From Bacilli bacterium (GTDB taxonomy: Bacteria > Bacillota_I > Bacilli_A > ML615J-28 > CAG-698), in the NCBI GenBank assembly GCA_041675865.1, contig JBAYTA010000001.1, positions 6,332 to 70,331 on the forward strand: 64,000 bases of DNA, given 5' to 3'. Position numbers and translations under genes: made by a program. Each line of letters starts with the position of its first letter. Position 1 is the first letter of the stretch. The notes below the pieces were generated by a model. The model did not search any database, was not told where the DNA came from, and saw only the letters and a program-made list of their open reading frames with translations. This document shows, in pieces, positions 9,382 to 20,024 of the stretch.

Positions 9382-11126
9382 TGCGAACACATAATAATGG
9401 CGAGTTAAGATTAAATGATGTAAATAAGGAAGTTAAATTAGTAGGTTGGGTTGCAAAAACTAGAAATTTAGGTGGTTTAATATTTATCGATTTAAGAGAT
9501 AGATATGGAATTACTCAAATTGTTTGTAAACCAGAAAATCCAAACTACGAAAAATTAGAAAATGTTAGAAATGAATACGTTCTTCAAGTTAAAGGGACTG
9601 TAATAGAAAGAGAAAGTAAAAATAAAAATTTACCAACAGGAGAAATTGAAGTTGTTGTACAAAATGTAATAATTTTGAGTGAAGCTAAAAATACTCCACT
9701 TATTATTGCCGATGAAACTGATGCTTTAGAAGATACTAGAATGAAGTATCGTTATTTAGACTTAAGAAGACCAGTAATGCAAAAGAACTTAATTCTCCGT
9801 CATAATATTGCAAAGTCAGTGAGAAACTATTTTAATGATTTAGATTTTGTTGAAATTGAGACTCCTGTATTTGGTAAATCAACTCCAGAAGGAGCAAGAG
9901 ATTACTTAGTTCCATCCAGAGTTAATCCAGGAAAGTTTTATGCACTTCCTCAATCACCACAAATCTATAAACAATTATTAATGGTTTCAGGATTTGAACG
10001 TTATTATCAAATAGTAAAGTGTTTCCGTGACGAAGACCAAAGAGCAGACCGTCAAATGGAATTTACTCAAATCGATGTTGAAATGAGTTTTGTAGATGAA
10101 GAAGATATTTATGTTTTAGTAGAAAAATTAATTTCCAAAATGATGAAGGAAGTTAAAAATATTGATGTTGAACTTCCATTCCCACGCTATAAATATGAGG
10201 AATCTTTAGATATCTTTGGAACTGATAAACCAGATACAAGATTTGCTTTACATTTAGTTAATATTGAAGATGCTATTAAAAATATTGAATTTGCAGTATT
10301 TACTGATACAATAAAAAATGGTGGAGTAGTAAAAGCTATTAATGCAAAAGATGCTGCAAATAAATATTCTCGTAAAGATATTGATAGATTAACAAATGAA
10401 GTTAAGAAATATAAGGCAAAAGGCCTTGCTTGGTTAAAATATGATAATAATGAATTTAGTGGATCGATTGTTAAATTCTTAACTGATGAAATAAAAGAAA
10501 ATTTAATTAAAAAATTAAATATTGAAAATAACGATATTATATTTATCGTAAGTGATGATAAGAAAATAACAAATCCTTCGCTTGGTCATTTAAGAAATGT
10601 CTTAGGAAAAGAATTAAATTTAATTGATAACTCAAAATTTAATTATTTATGGATAGTTGATTTTCCTTCTTTTGAATATGATGAAGAAGAAGGCCGTTAT
10701 ATCGCTGCCCATCATCCTTTTACATCGCCAAAGGATGAATTTAAAGATAAACTTCTATCAAACCCAGAAGAATGTTATTCTAAATGTTATGACTTAGTCT
10801 TAAATGGTTTTGAACTTGGAAGTGGATCAATTAGAATACATGACCAAAAAGTTCAATCAGATATGTTTAAAGCTATTGGTTTAAGCGATGATGAAATTAA
10901 AGAAAAATTTGGTTTCTTTGTTGAAGCATTAAAATATGGTACACCACCTCATGGTGGAATAGCATTAGGTTTAGATAGACTTGCTATGATTCTAACAGGC
11001 TCAACATCATTAAGAGATGTTATTGCATTCCCTAAATCTGCTTCCGCAATTGATCCAATGAGTGAAGCACCAAGTTTTATTAGTCAAAAACAATTAGATG
11101 AATTAAAATTGGTTATTAAAAAATGA
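9381..11126 (+). CDS. aspS: aspartate--tRNA ligase
   Basis: An N-terminal OB fold, 'FRDEDQRADRQMEFTQID', the GAD insertion, and 'GGIALGLDRLAM'. The start overlaps the hisS stop (TAATG). Confidence 0.95.
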   Translation: MRTHNNGELRLNDVNKEVKLVGWVAKTRNLGGLIFIDLRDRYGITQIVCKPENPNYEKLENVRNEYVLQVKGTVIERESKNKNLPTGEIEVVVQNVIILSEAKNTPLIIADETDALEDTRMKYRYLDLRRPVMQKNLILRHNIAKSVRNYFNDLDFVEIETPVFGKSTPEGARDYLVPSRVNPGKFYALPQSPQIYKQLLMVSGFERYYQIVKCFRDEDQRADRQMEFTQIDVEMSFVDEEDIYVLVEKLISKMMKEVKNIDVELPFPRYKYEESLDIFGTDKPDTRFALHLVNIEDAIKNIEFAVFTDTIKNGGVVKAINAKDAANKYSRKDIDRLTNEVKKYKAKGLAWLKYDNNEFSGSIVKFLTDEIKENLIKKLNIENNDIIFIVSDDKKITNPSLGHLRNVLGKELNLIDNSKFNYLWIVDFPSFEYDEEEGRYIAAHHPFTSPKDEFKDKLLSNPEECYSKCYDLVLNGFELGSGSIRIHDQKVQSDMFKAIGLSDDEIKEKFGFFVEALKYGTPPHGGIALGLDRLAMILTGSTSLRDVIAFPKSASAIDPMSEAPSFISQKQLDELKLVIKK

Positions 11127-11791
11127 GTTTTGAAAGATTAGAATTTCTTCTAGGTAGTAGTTCAATAGATAAACTTAATAATTCTAAAGTCGCTGTTGTG
11201 GGTTTAGGAGGAGTAGGTGGAGTTAGCGCTATTACCTTAGCTAGAAATGGTGTTGGAACATTAATTGTACAAGATTTTGATGTTGTTGCACCAAGTAATA
11301 TAAATAGACAAATTATTGCTAATTATGAAACAATTGGTAAAAGCAAAGCTGATTTAGTTGAAGAAGAAATAAAAAGAATAAATCCAAATTGTAAAATTAT
11401 TAAACTTAATGAAAGATTTAATGAAAATTCAAAGTTGTTTGACTATGATTTTGATTTTCTAATTGATGCTATTGATCAAATAGATGATAAATATTTATTA
11501 ATAACAACTTGTGTTGCTAAAAAAATCAATTTCATATCATCTATGGGTGCTGCAAAAAAAACCGACCAAACTAAACTAGCTATAATGGAAATAAGTAAAA
11601 CTACTTATGATCCATTAGCAAAGATTTTAAGAAAAAAACTACGAGACGACCAAATTTATGATAAAATAATGGTAGGATCTTCTACAGAAGCTCCTAGAAA
11701 AATCGCTAATCTTGGCTCTTACATGCCAGTAACTGCAAGTATGGGGTTATTATTAGCAGATTATGTAATAAAGAAAATAATAGAGGAGTAA
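11123..11791 (+). CDS. tcdA: tRNA threonylcarbamoyladenosine dehydratase (ThiF/MoeB-family E1-like, TcdA/YrvM)
   Basis: A Rossmann 'VAVVGLGGVGG' motif and ThiF-family length. It follows aspS, as yrvM does in B. subtilis. Confidence 0.75.
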   Translation: MSFERLEFLLGSSSIDKLNNSKVAVVGLGGVGGVSAITLARNGVGTLIVQDFDVVAPSNINRQIIANYETIGKSKADLVEEEIKRINPNCKIIKLNERFNENSKLFDYDFDFLIDAIDQIDDKYLLITTCVAKKINFISSMGAAKKTDQTKLAIMEISKTTYDPLAKILRKKLRDDQIYDKIMVGSSTEAPRKIANLGSYMPVTASMGLLLADYVIKKIIEE

Positions 11792-11794
11792 TAT

Positions 11795-12037
11795 ATGTTT
11801 TTAAATATTTTTGTAAGTATAATAGTTGTTTTTTCTGTAATCATGCTTTTCTTTTTGGCTGTTATAGTTAATGGTTTAACGAAAAAACCGGATAATGTAG
11901 AACTACCTGAACAATGTAGTAGCTGCAATAATAATTCTTGCTATATTAGGTTTGATGATTCACCAAAACCTAAAGAAACTATTCAAGAATTCTATAAAAA
12001 ATGTGAGGAGAATAATGCAAACACAGAAGCGAACTAA
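11795..12037 (+). CDS. small membrane protein with a Cys-rich C-terminal motif (hypothetical)
   Basis: One N-terminal transmembrane helix followed by 'CSSCNNNSC'. Its 3' end overlaps the next gene. Confidence 0.35.
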   Translation: MFLNIFVSIIVVFSVIMLFFLAVIVNGLTKKPDNVELPEQCSSCNNNSCYIRFDDSPKPKETIQEFYKKCEENNANTEAN

Positions 12038-12491
12038 TTATCTTTCTTGGGATAACTATTTTATGGGGGTAGCTATTCTATCTAGTATGCGAAGTAAAGA
12101 TCCTAATACTCAAGTTGGTGCATGTATAGTTAATCAGAAAAAAAGAATAATAGGTATTGGCTATAATGGATTACCTGTGGGTTTAAGCGATGATGAATTT
12201 CCATGGGGAAATCATGGGGATTATTTAGATACTAAATATCCTTATGTTGTCCATGCAGAACCTAATGCAATTTTAAATTCAATTGAAAAACTTGATAATG
12301 CAACAATTTATGTTACATTATTTCCTTGTAATGAGTGTGCAAAACTTGTAATTCAAAGCGGAATTAAAGAAATTGTCTACTTAGATGATAAATATAATAA
12401 TACTGAGGCTGATATTGCGTCTAAAAGGATGTTAGATGCAGCAGGTGTAAGTTATCGTAAATTAAATGAAATGACATTAGAGGTTAAATAA
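12015..12491 (+). CDS. comEB: dCMP deaminase (ComEB-like cytidine/deoxycytidylate deaminase)
   Basis: Zinc motifs 'HAEPNAI' and 'PCNECAKLV'. I chose the start 'MQTQKRTNYLSWDNYFM' after a GAGGAG RBS. The longer ORF starting at 11952 is an alternative. Confidence 0.8.
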   Translation: MQTQKRTNYLSWDNYFMGVAILSSMRSKDPNTQVGACIVNQKKRIIGIGYNGLPVGLSDDEFPWGNHGDYLDTKYPYVVHAEPNAILNSIEKLDNATIYVTLFPCNECAKLVIQSGIKEIVYLDDKYNNTEADIASKRMLDAAGVSYRKLNEMTLEVK

Positions 12492-13609
12492 TGATTCAAT
12501 TTTTTAAAGATTTAATAAATGGATTTAAGAAATCAAGTGTTACTAGAAAAATATTTTATTCATCACTTATTTTAATCTATTTTATACTTATAGCACTTTT
12601 AACTATTAAAGTTAATGTGGAAATAATTACACCGGGTGGTATAAATGCAAACATTGGAACTAATGAATACAATATTGCTAGTCCCAATGTATTTGTAGAT
12701 ACTGATTACAATCCGGGAAATATTTTTACAGTTGGTGTTCATTCAAGAAAGAGAATATCTCTTTACCAATATTTAATAAGTAAAATGAATGATGATATTG
12801 CATTTGAAGACTATGATCCAAAAACAAGTCTTTCAAAAGAAGAAGATTTAATTCTAGGTAAAAAAAGTAAAGATGTAAGCATAATAAATGCTTTAATAGT
12901 TGCCTATGAAGAAGCTAAAAAAGTTGATGATAATATAAATATTGATTATGAATTTGAAGGTGTTTTAGTTTCTTATGTTTTTAATAAAGATTCAAAATTA
13001 GAACCTGATGATATTATTACACATTTAAATGATCAAAAAATAGAGCCTGATACATTTAGAACTGAAATTGGTAAAATTAATAATGATGAGAATATTAAAC
13101 TAACAGTAAAAAGATATGATTCTGTTGCAAAGATGGATGTTGTTAAAGAAATAACTACAAAAAAATATTTTGATGAAGCAGCTAATCAATATTTACTTGG
13201 TATCTCTACAATGGATTCATATATAATAGATGAAGAAACAGCTTTTCCAGAATTTACTATTCATAAAAATTATAGTTCTATTGGTGGTAGTGGAGGAGCT
13301 ATGCAAGCTCTAGCAATTTACAACTCAATTTTAGAAGTTGATATCACGAATGGAAAAACTATTATTGGAACAGGTACTGTATCAGTAGAAACATATAATC
13401 CTGAATTAGTATTTGGTCAAATAGGAGATATAGGTGGAGTTAGCCAAAAAATAGTTACTGCAAATTTATATAATGCAGATATATTTTTTGTAAATCCAGA
13501 AGATGCAGAAGAAGCTAAACAAAAAGCTAAGGAAATAGATGCAAAATTTGAAGTTGTTGAAGTAAAAACATTTGCAGAAATAGTTAGTCATTTAAAAGGT
13601 GAAAATTAA
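12491..13609 (+). CDS. YlbL/SepM-like membrane-anchored Lon-type (S16) protease with PDZ domain
   Basis: An N-terminal transmembrane helix, a PDZ-like middle, and a C-terminal Lon proteolytic-domain pattern 'SIGGSGGAMQALAIYN..GTGTV'. Confidence 0.7.
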   Translation: MIQFFKDLINGFKKSSVTRKIFYSSLILIYFILIALLTIKVNVEIITPGGINANIGTNEYNIASPNVFVDTDYNPGNIFTVGVHSRKRISLYQYLISKMNDDIAFEDYDPKTSLSKEEDLILGKKSKDVSIINALIVAYEEAKKVDDNINIDYEFEGVLVSYVFNKDSKLEPDDIITHLNDQKIEPDTFRTEIGKINNDENIKLTVKRYDSVAKMDVVKEITTKKYFDEAANQYLLGISTMDSYIIDEETAFPEFTIHKNYSSIGGSGGAMQALAIYNSILEVDITNGKTIIGTGTVSVETYNPELVFGQIGDIGGVSQKIVTANLYNADIFFVNPEDAEEAKQKAKEIDAKFEVVEVKTFAEIVSHLKGEN

Positions 13610-14028
13610 TGTTTAAAAATTATAAAGAACCAAACTTTTGGATTCGTGGAAAATTAGAACAAAGAAAATTTTATGATATTAAGTTAAATACCAAAACTAG
13701 TATAATAACTTTTATAGCAGGTTTACTTTTTGGAGCAGTAATAATTTTACCTTTTGGATTAATGTTATTTCAATTTATAATGATATTTGGTTATAATTTA
13801 TCTATTTTTGTTTTATATCTAACAATTATCTGGATTCTAATGATGCTCTTCAATGGCTTTTCAAATTATTTTACTGTTAAATTAGCTCAAGCATATAATA
13901 AAGACATGAATACTTTACAAGAATTAGAACCTAGATACATATTCTTTTACCAAATACTTAATTTTGGTTTTGGATTATTTAGTTTATTCATAATTGTATT
14001 TTTTGGTATTCAACTAATAAATAGATAG
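13609..14028 (+). CDS. polytopic membrane protein (hypothetical)
   Basis: 139 aa with three or four hydrophobic helices, coupled to its neighbours. Confidence 0.45.
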   Translation: MFKNYKEPNFWIRGKLEQRKFYDIKLNTKTSIITFIAGLLFGAVIILPFGLMLFQFIMIFGYNLSIFVLYLTIIWILMMLFNGFSNYFTVKLAQAYNKDMNTLQELEPRYIFFYQILNFGFGLFSLFIIVFFGIQLINR

Positions 14029-14036
14029 GAGTATTC

Positions 14037-14519
14037 ATGATGAAGACAAGACAATTAATAATAGGACTTATATTAATAGTAGTAGGAGTTTTAATAGATC
14101 AATTCACAAAATTGATCGTATTCAAAAATCTAGAAATGAATAAACAGTATGATTCGATCCCAGGATTTAAAATATATCCAGTTAGAAATGATGGTGCTGC
14201 TTTTGGAATATTTGCAGGCAGAATGTGGATGTTAATAATTATTACTTTAATTGCATTTGCATTCTTCATTTATTTAATGAAAGACTTTGATTTAGTCACA
14301 AAACCAATTTATAGTGTTGCACTAATATTAATTATTAGTGGAACTATTGGGAACTTTATTGATCGTATAGTTGATGGATCTGTGAGAGATTTTATTAAAT
14401 TTAGTTTCTGGCCATCTTTTGCTATCTTTAACATAGCGGATATATGTTTAACTTTTGGAGTAATTCTGTTATCTATTGATATATTGTTCGGAGAGACAGG
14501 TATAAGGTGGACAAATTAA
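14037..14519 (+). CDS. lspA: lipoprotein signal peptidase II
   Basis: Conserved 'NxGAAFG' and 'FNIAD' LspA motifs with four transmembrane helices. Confidence 0.9.
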   Translation: MMKTRQLIIGLILIVVGVLIDQFTKLIVFKNLEMNKQYDSIPGFKIYPVRNDGAAFGIFAGRMWMLIIITLIAFAFFIYLMKDFDLVTKPIYSVALILIISGTIGNFIDRIVDGSVRDFIKFSFWPSFAIFNIADICLTFGVILLSIDILFGETGIRWTN

Positions 14520-15412
14520 TTAAAATTATTGAAGAAGTTGATATTCGTCTTGATAAATATCTAATTGATTATTTACCTGAAATGACTAGAACACAAATTC
14601 AACAAATGATAGAGAATGAAGAGATTTTAGTAAATAATAAACCAACTAAACCTTCATATAAGTTGAGAGTAAATGATGAGGTAGTAGTTAAGTATGTAGA
14701 ACCAAAAACTTTGGATATTAAATCTGAAGAAATACCTCTAGATATTTATTATGAAGATAGTGATTTAATAGTAGTTAATAAACCAACTGGAATGGTAGTT
14801 CATCCAGCATTTGGTAATTATGAGGGCACATTAGTAAATGCATTAATGCACCATTGTAAAGATTTATCTACTATTAATGGAGTAATTAGAGCAGGGATTG
14901 TTCACAGGATTGATAAAGAAACATCTGGTTTGCTTGTTGCATGTAAGAATGATTTTACTCATAAAAACTTAAGTAAACAATTTAGTTCTAAAACAGTTAC
15001 TAGAAAATACATTGCAATAGTACACGGAGTTATAAATCATAATCTAGGTAGAGTTGACGCTCCTATTGGTAGAAGTAAAGAAGACAGAAAGCTTATGGCT
15101 ATTGTTGAAGAAGGAAAACATGCTGCAACAAATTTTAAAGTAATTGAAAGATTTAAAGACCATACATTATTAGAATTATCTTTAGAAACGGGAAGAACAC
15201 ATCAAATTCGTGTTCACATGAAATATATTGGTTTTCCTGTAGTTGGAGATCCACAATATGGTTTAAGAAAAGATAAATCTAATTATGGACAATATCTTCA
15301 TGCAAAAACTTTAGGATTTATTCATCCTAGAACTAATGAATATATGGAATTTAATAGTCCATTACCTGATTATTTTTTAGAATATTTAGATGAAATAATA
15401 GCTAATGAATAA
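14507..15412 (+). CDS. rluD: 23S rRNA pseudouridine synthase, RluD family
   Basis: An S4 domain, 'HRIDKETSGLLV' and 'GRTHQIRVH' motifs, and a GTG start. The lspA-rluD adjacency matches Bacillus. Confidence 0.9.
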   Translation: MDKLIKIIEEVDIRLDKYLIDYLPEMTRTQIQQMIENEEILVNNKPTKPSYKLRVNDEVVVKYVEPKTLDIKSEEIPLDIYYEDSDLIVVNKPTGMVVHPAFGNYEGTLVNALMHHCKDLSTINGVIRAGIVHRIDKETSGLLVACKNDFTHKNLSKQFSSKTVTRKYIAIVHGVINHNLGRVDAPIGRSKEDRKLMAIVEEGKHAATNFKVIERFKDHTLLELSLETGRTHQIRVHMKYIGFPVVGDPQYGLRKDKSNYGQYLHAKTLGFIHPRTNEYMEFNSPLPDYFLEYLDEIIANE

Positions 15413-15416
15413 AAAA

Positions 15417-15443
15417 AACAATCAAATTAATGATTGTTTTTTA
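15417..15443. terminator. bidirectional terminator shared by rluD and rnhC
   Basis: An AACAATCA/TGATTGTT stem is followed by TTTT. The rnhC stop codon lies in the loop. Confidence 0.6.
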
Positions 15444-16332
15444 CTTTGTCTAGGTTCTTAAAATTTGTTTTTGCACATTTTGTAAGAATAGATTCTGATT
15501 GTTCTTTTAAGATTTTTGCTATAGCAAGATCAACCTTGTTACTTGCACCTTTAGGTAATTCAAATCCTATTTCATCTGATAATTTATCCATTTGCTTTAG
15601 AAATGCGTTTCTAGCTAAAATACTTGCGCAAGCAATTGATAGATATTTTGATTCAGCTTTTTCAACTAATTCCACATTCAACATTTTAGTTTTTTGATCA
15701 TCAATATAATCAAGATATTTCTCTTTTGTAGTGAATGCATCTATAATAACTGCATCATAATCTTGAACTTTTTGGGTTAACTTTAAGATAACATCATTAT
15801 GAAGCAACGCTTTTATTTTGTTCATATTATAATTTAATACTTGTGTTAAATAATTATATTTCATATTATCTAATGATACTATTTGAAAAGGAATTATTTT
15901 TATTAGTTCCGCTGCAATTTCTTTTATTTTATTATCATCTAAATCTTTAGAATCTTTAACACCTAGTTTCATAACAGGAATAATTTTGTCTTTATCAACA
16001 AAAGCTCCTGCCACAATAATAGGCCCGAAAAAATCTCCCGTGCCTACTTCATCAGTTCCAATAACCCTTAGGTTAATTGGTACTTCAGTATTTTTTTCTT
16101 CTATCGCAACACTTATATCTAAAGTATCACAAATTTCTTTATATACATTTGCAGCCTTACTTCCTTGTACAAGTAGAGTAAGAGTTTTATATAAAGTTAT
16201 TGTCGCACCCTTGTATTTTGCTCTAAAAAGTGTATAATTATTAGTGTGTTTGATAGAATAATCTTGATACTTTTTAATTATTAAGTCAGATTGACTATTA
16301 TTTAAATTTAATGTATAACTCATTTTCACCAT
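15427..16332 (-). CDS. rnhC: ribonuclease HIII
   Basis: An N-terminal TBP-like domain plus the RNase HII/HIII catalytic core 'GTDEVGTGDFFGPIIVA'. Confidence 0.85.
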   Translation of the reverse strand: MVKMSYTLNLNNSQSDLIIKKYQDYSIKHTNNYTLFRAKYKGATITLYKTLTLLVQGSKAANVYKEICDTLDISVAIEEKNTEVPINLRVIGTDEVGTGDFFGPIIVAGAFVDKDKIIPVMKLGVKDSKDLDDNKIKEIAAELIKIIPFQIVSLDNMKYNYLTQVLNYNMNKIKALLHNDVILKLTQKVQDYDAVIIDAFTTKEKYLDYIDDQKTKMLNVELVEKAESKYLSIACASILARNAFLKQMDKLSDEIGFELPKGASNKVDLAIAKILKEQSESILTKCAKTNFKNLDKVKNNH

Positions 16333-16387
16333 ATCCTTAATACTATTATATCATAAAATTGAATAAAAAGAAAGTTTGTATAAGACA

Positions 16388-18721
16388 ATGAATAAATACC
16401 ATAAAATATTAGAATTAGATAAGATAATTTCTAAAGTAAAGGATTTTTGTTATTTAGAAGAATCAAAAAAACAACTCGATAATAATGAGTTAATGAATGA
16501 TTTGAAAATAATTGAAAATACTTTAAATGAAATAGATGAAGCTACTATATTATTAGAAAGAATGCAGAAATTTCCGCTATATTTTCGCGGTGATATTAGA
16601 AAGATTCTTACTTTAATTAGAAAGTCTCACATAATAACAATTGAAGAATTAGTTGAAATTTTAAAATTTTTAGATACAGTTAAAGCAAATATAGTTTATT
16701 TAGAAACAGTTGAAAATTTGAAAATTGAAGCTAGTTATTATAAAGACAATATTAATAAATTATTTTATCCAAAAGATATTAATTTAAGAATAAAAGAAAT
16801 AATAACTCCATATGGAGATATAAATGATAATGCATCTGTTGATTTGTATAATATTCGAAAACAAATCAGAGATACTGAAAAGAATATTCAAGTTAAACTT
16901 CAAGAATTACTTGTGAAATTATCTTCAAAATTAACTGAAAGTTTAATTTCAATTAGGAATGACCGATACGTTATTCCAGTTAAAAACGAATTTAAAAATA
17001 CAGTGAAGGGTATTATCCACGATCAATCTGCATCAGGAGAAACATTCTTTATAGAACCTTTGGCTGTAAATGATTTAAATAATAAATTAAATCAATTAAG
17101 AGAAAATGAAAAGAAAGAAATTAATAAAATATTAAGAGATATTAGCAATTCACTTGCTAATATATTTGATGAATTAATTATTAATTTAGATGTATTAATT
17201 CATTTAGATATTGTTTTCTCCAAAGCATTATATGGATTAAAAATTAATGGGAAAAAACCAAAGATTAATGCTAAAGGCATTGTTGAACTATATAAATGTA
17301 GACATCCTTTACTAAATGTAGAAAATGTTATTCCCAATAATGTTATTATAGGCAAAGATTATCAAGGAATAATTATAACAGGACCTAATACTGGTGGTAA
17401 AACTGTACTATTAAAAACAGTCGGTTTACTATCTTTAATGGTTAAAGCTGGATTATTAATACCTTGTGATGAATCAAGCAATATCATGATTTTTGATAAT
17501 GTTTATTCTGATATAGGTGATGAACAAAGTATTGACCAAAACTTATCTACTTTTTCATCACATTTAAAGAATGTAATTAATATTATAGATAATGTAACAA
17601 ATAATTCGCTTGTATTATTAGATGAACTTGGTTCCGGAACAGATCCTCTTGAGGGATCTTCACTAGCAATTTCTATAATTGAATTCTTACTTGAGAAGAA
17701 ATGTTTAATTATTGCAACTAGTCATTATTCAGAACTTAAAACATATGCCTTTAATTCAGATAAAATAATTAATGCAAGTGTTGAATTTGATATTAAAACA
17801 CTTAAGCCTACATATAAATTATTAATTGGTGTTCCTGGTCAGTCAAATGCATTAGAAATATCAAAGACCTTAGGATTAAATCAGAAAATTATTGAAAATG
17901 CAAATAAGTATGCATATCAAAAAGATAGTGATACTAATAAAGTACTAAATAAATTAATAAAACAAACTCATGAATTTGATCAAAAATTAAATGAATTAGA
18001 AGATAAAGAGAATTTAATAAGTCAAAAAATTAGAGAAAATGAAGAACTAAAAATTAAGATAGAAGAAGAAAAAAATAAAATCCTATCTCTTGCCCAAAAG
18101 GATGCGCAAGACTTAATTAGAAAATCTTCAAAAAAAATAGATGAGATTATTGAAGAACTTAATTCTATGAAATTAAGAGAAATTAAAGCTCATGAAATTG
18201 CGCAAGTTAAACATGATATTAAAGAATTAAAAACTAGTACAAATATTGAAATCGAGCCTATTTATACTAACTATGAGTTTGAAGCAAATCAAAGCGTATT
18301 TGTTGAAAACTTCGGTGCATATGGTATAATAATCAAAGAAAATAAGAATAATCGTTACGATGTACAAATTGGGAATGCTACTGTTAATGTAGAAAAAAAA
18401 TATTTAAAACCTACAGAAAACAAACCTAAAGAACACTTAAAACCAAGAACAAACGTTGTCGGGGTTAAGAAAAATGTCCCTAGCACCCTAGACTTAAGAG
18501 GCATAAGGTATGAAGAAGCATACCAAAAACTAGAGAAGTATATCGATGATGCTATATATGGTTCCTTACAAATAATAACAATTATTCATGGATTTGGAAC
18601 AGGTGTGATAAGAGAAATGGTACTTAATTTCTTGAAAACTTCACCATATGTAGAAAGTTTTCGTTTTGGCGGTGCAAATGAAGGTGGCCAAGGAGTTACT
18701 GTAGTAACATTAAAAAGTTAA
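16388..18721 (+). CDS. mutS2: endonuclease MutS2 (MutS domains plus C-terminal Smr)
   Basis: Walker A 'GPNTGGKT', 'LLDELGSGTDP', and a C-terminal Smr domain 'LDLRGIRYEEA..HGFGTG'. The ATG at 16388 is my call; the TTG at 16376 is an alternative. Confidence 0.9.
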   Translation: MNKYHKILELDKIISKVKDFCYLEESKKQLDNNELMNDLKIIENTLNEIDEATILLERMQKFPLYFRGDIRKILTLIRKSHIITIEELVEILKFLDTVKANIVYLETVENLKIEASYYKDNINKLFYPKDINLRIKEIITPYGDINDNASVDLYNIRKQIRDTEKNIQVKLQELLVKLSSKLTESLISIRNDRYVIPVKNEFKNTVKGIIHDQSASGETFFIEPLAVNDLNNKLNQLRENEKKEINKILRDISNSLANIFDELIINLDVLIHLDIVFSKALYGLKINGKKPKINAKGIVELYKCRHPLLNVENVIPNNVIIGKDYQGIIITGPNTGGKTVLLKTVGLLSLMVKAGLLIPCDESSNIMIFDNVYSDIGDEQSIDQNLSTFSSHLKNVINIIDNVTNNSLVLLDELGSGTDPLEGSSLAISIIEFLLEKKCLIIATSHYSELKTYAFNSDKIINASVEFDIKTLKPTYKLLIGVPGQSNALEISKTLGLNQKIIENANKYAYQKDSDTNKVLNKLIKQTHEFDQKLNELEDKENLISQKIRENEELKIKIEEEKNKILSLAQKDAQDLIRKSSKKIDEIIEELNSMKLREIKAHEIAQVKHDIKELKTSTNIEIEPIYTNYEFEANQSVFVENFGAYGIIIKENKNNRYDVQIGNATVNVEKKYLKPTENKPKEHLKPRTNVVGVKKNVPSTLDLRGIRYEEAYQKLEKYIDDAIYGSLQIITIIHGFGTGVIREMVLNFLKTSPYVESFRFGGANEGGQGVTVVTLKS

Positions 18722-18744
18722 TTTTAAAAATTGGAGGATTAAAA

Positions 18745-19050
18745 ATGGTTAAGAAAATTGGCAAAAATGATTTTAAAGAAGCAACTAAAGGTTTAACTTT
18801 AGTAGATTTTTATGCAGATTGGTGTGGTCCTTGTCGTATGGTTGGACCAGTTGTAGAAGATTTATCAAAATCAATGACAGATGTTAACTTTACAAAAGTT
18901 GATGTTGATGAAGAAGGAGAATTAGCAGGCTTATTTGGAGTTAGAAGCATACCTACTTTAATTCTATTTAAAGACGGAACTGAAGTTGATCGTATTGTTG
19001 GATTTGCTCCAAAACAAAAACTTGAAAGTTTGATTAATAGTCATAAATAA
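18745..19050 (+). CDS. trxA: thioredoxin
   Basis: A 'WCGPC' active site and a strong GGAGG RBS. Confidence 0.9.
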   Translation: MVKKIGKNDFKEATKGLTLVDFYADWCGPCRMVGPVVEDLSKSMTDVNFTKVDVDEEGELAGLFGVRSIPTLILFKDGTEVDRIVGFAPKQKLESLINSHK

Positions 19051-19051
19051 C

Positions 19052-19080
19052 AAACAGGGATTATATTATCCCTGTTTTTA
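19052..19080 (+). terminator. rho-independent terminator after trxA
   Basis: An ACAGGGA/TCCCTGT stem followed by TTTTT. Confidence 0.65.
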
Positions 19081-19149
19081 ATAAAAAAAAAATTCATTTT
19101 ACAAGACTTAGAAATTTTGTTATAATTAGATTAGTAGGAGAAGTGGGTT

Positions 19150-19665
19150 ATGGAGCGATTAGATATTATTAGTTATAAACACGATGGCGAACTTCACCGT
19201 GTTTGGAAAAACGTAGTAAAAATCCACGAATCAAAAGATTTAGTAGTTATAGTAAATAATAAAGTTGATGTTATTGATGGGGATGGAAGACGCTGGAAAA
19301 CCAGAGAGCCTGCCATTTGTTATTTCTTTAAAGATTATTGGTTTAACGTAATTTGTATGATTCGTAGCAATGATGTTTACTATTATTGTAATTTAAGTTC
19401 ACCGTTTATTATTGATGAGGAAGGTTTAAAGTATATTGATTATGATTTAGATGTAAAATTATTTCCTGATGGAGAGGTATTACTATTAGATAGAGATGAA
19501 TTTGATTTTAATATTAAAGATTTACATTATACAAAAGAAATTCTTGATATTATCAAATATAATTTAAGCACATTACTAGATATGATAGAAAAAAGAGAAG
19601 ATCCTTTTAATTCTAAATGCGTTTATGATTGGTATAATAAATTTCTAAAAATGTCTAAAAAATAA
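19150..19665 (+). CDS. DUF402/YgaC-family protein (nucleoside tri/diphosphatase-like)
   Basis: 171 aa, 'HDGELHRVWKN..DLDVKLFPDGEVLLLDRDEF', with an AGGAG RBS. Confidence 0.55.
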   Translation: MERLDIISYKHDGELHRVWKNVVKIHESKDLVVIVNNKVDVIDGDGRRWKTREPAICYFFKDYWFNVICMIRSNDVYYYCNLSSPFIIDEEGLKYIDYDLDVKLFPDGEVLLLDRDEFDFNIKDLHYTKEILDIIKYNLSTLLDMIEKREDPFNSKCVYDWYNKFLKMSKK

Positions 19666-19733
19666 AAAAATTGGAAATTCTATTATAACAATGAATTAAT
19701 TGTAAATAATATAATTGAAAGGAATTGATCAAT

Positions 19734-19985
19734 ATGAAAAGTACTACAAGAGATTTATTAGGTCTTTTAGCATTTATTTCACTCTTGATTTTTACTGCTA
19801 GTTTTATTTTAAATAGAATTGGCGCACAGACTTCATTTTTTACTTATGCTGGTTATGGATTAGCTTTAATAGTTGTACTTGGAATTGCGAAAGTGTATGT
19901 AGATAAACTTAGCATGACATGGAAAATAGTGTTTTATATCATAGCAATATTTGCAATCCTTGATTACCTATTTTCAATATTTTAA
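19734..19985 (+). CDS. small two-helix membrane protein (hypothetical)
   Basis: A GAAAGGA RBS 10 nt before the ATG and two hydrophobic helices. Confidence 0.4.
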   Translation: MKSTTRDLLGLLAFISLLIFTASFILNRIGAQTSFFTYAGYGLALIVVLGIAKVYVDKLSMTWKIVFYIIAIFAILDYLFSIF

Positions 19986-20024
19986 CATAAAAAAATAGCA
20001 GCTTAGTGCTGCTATTTTCATTTA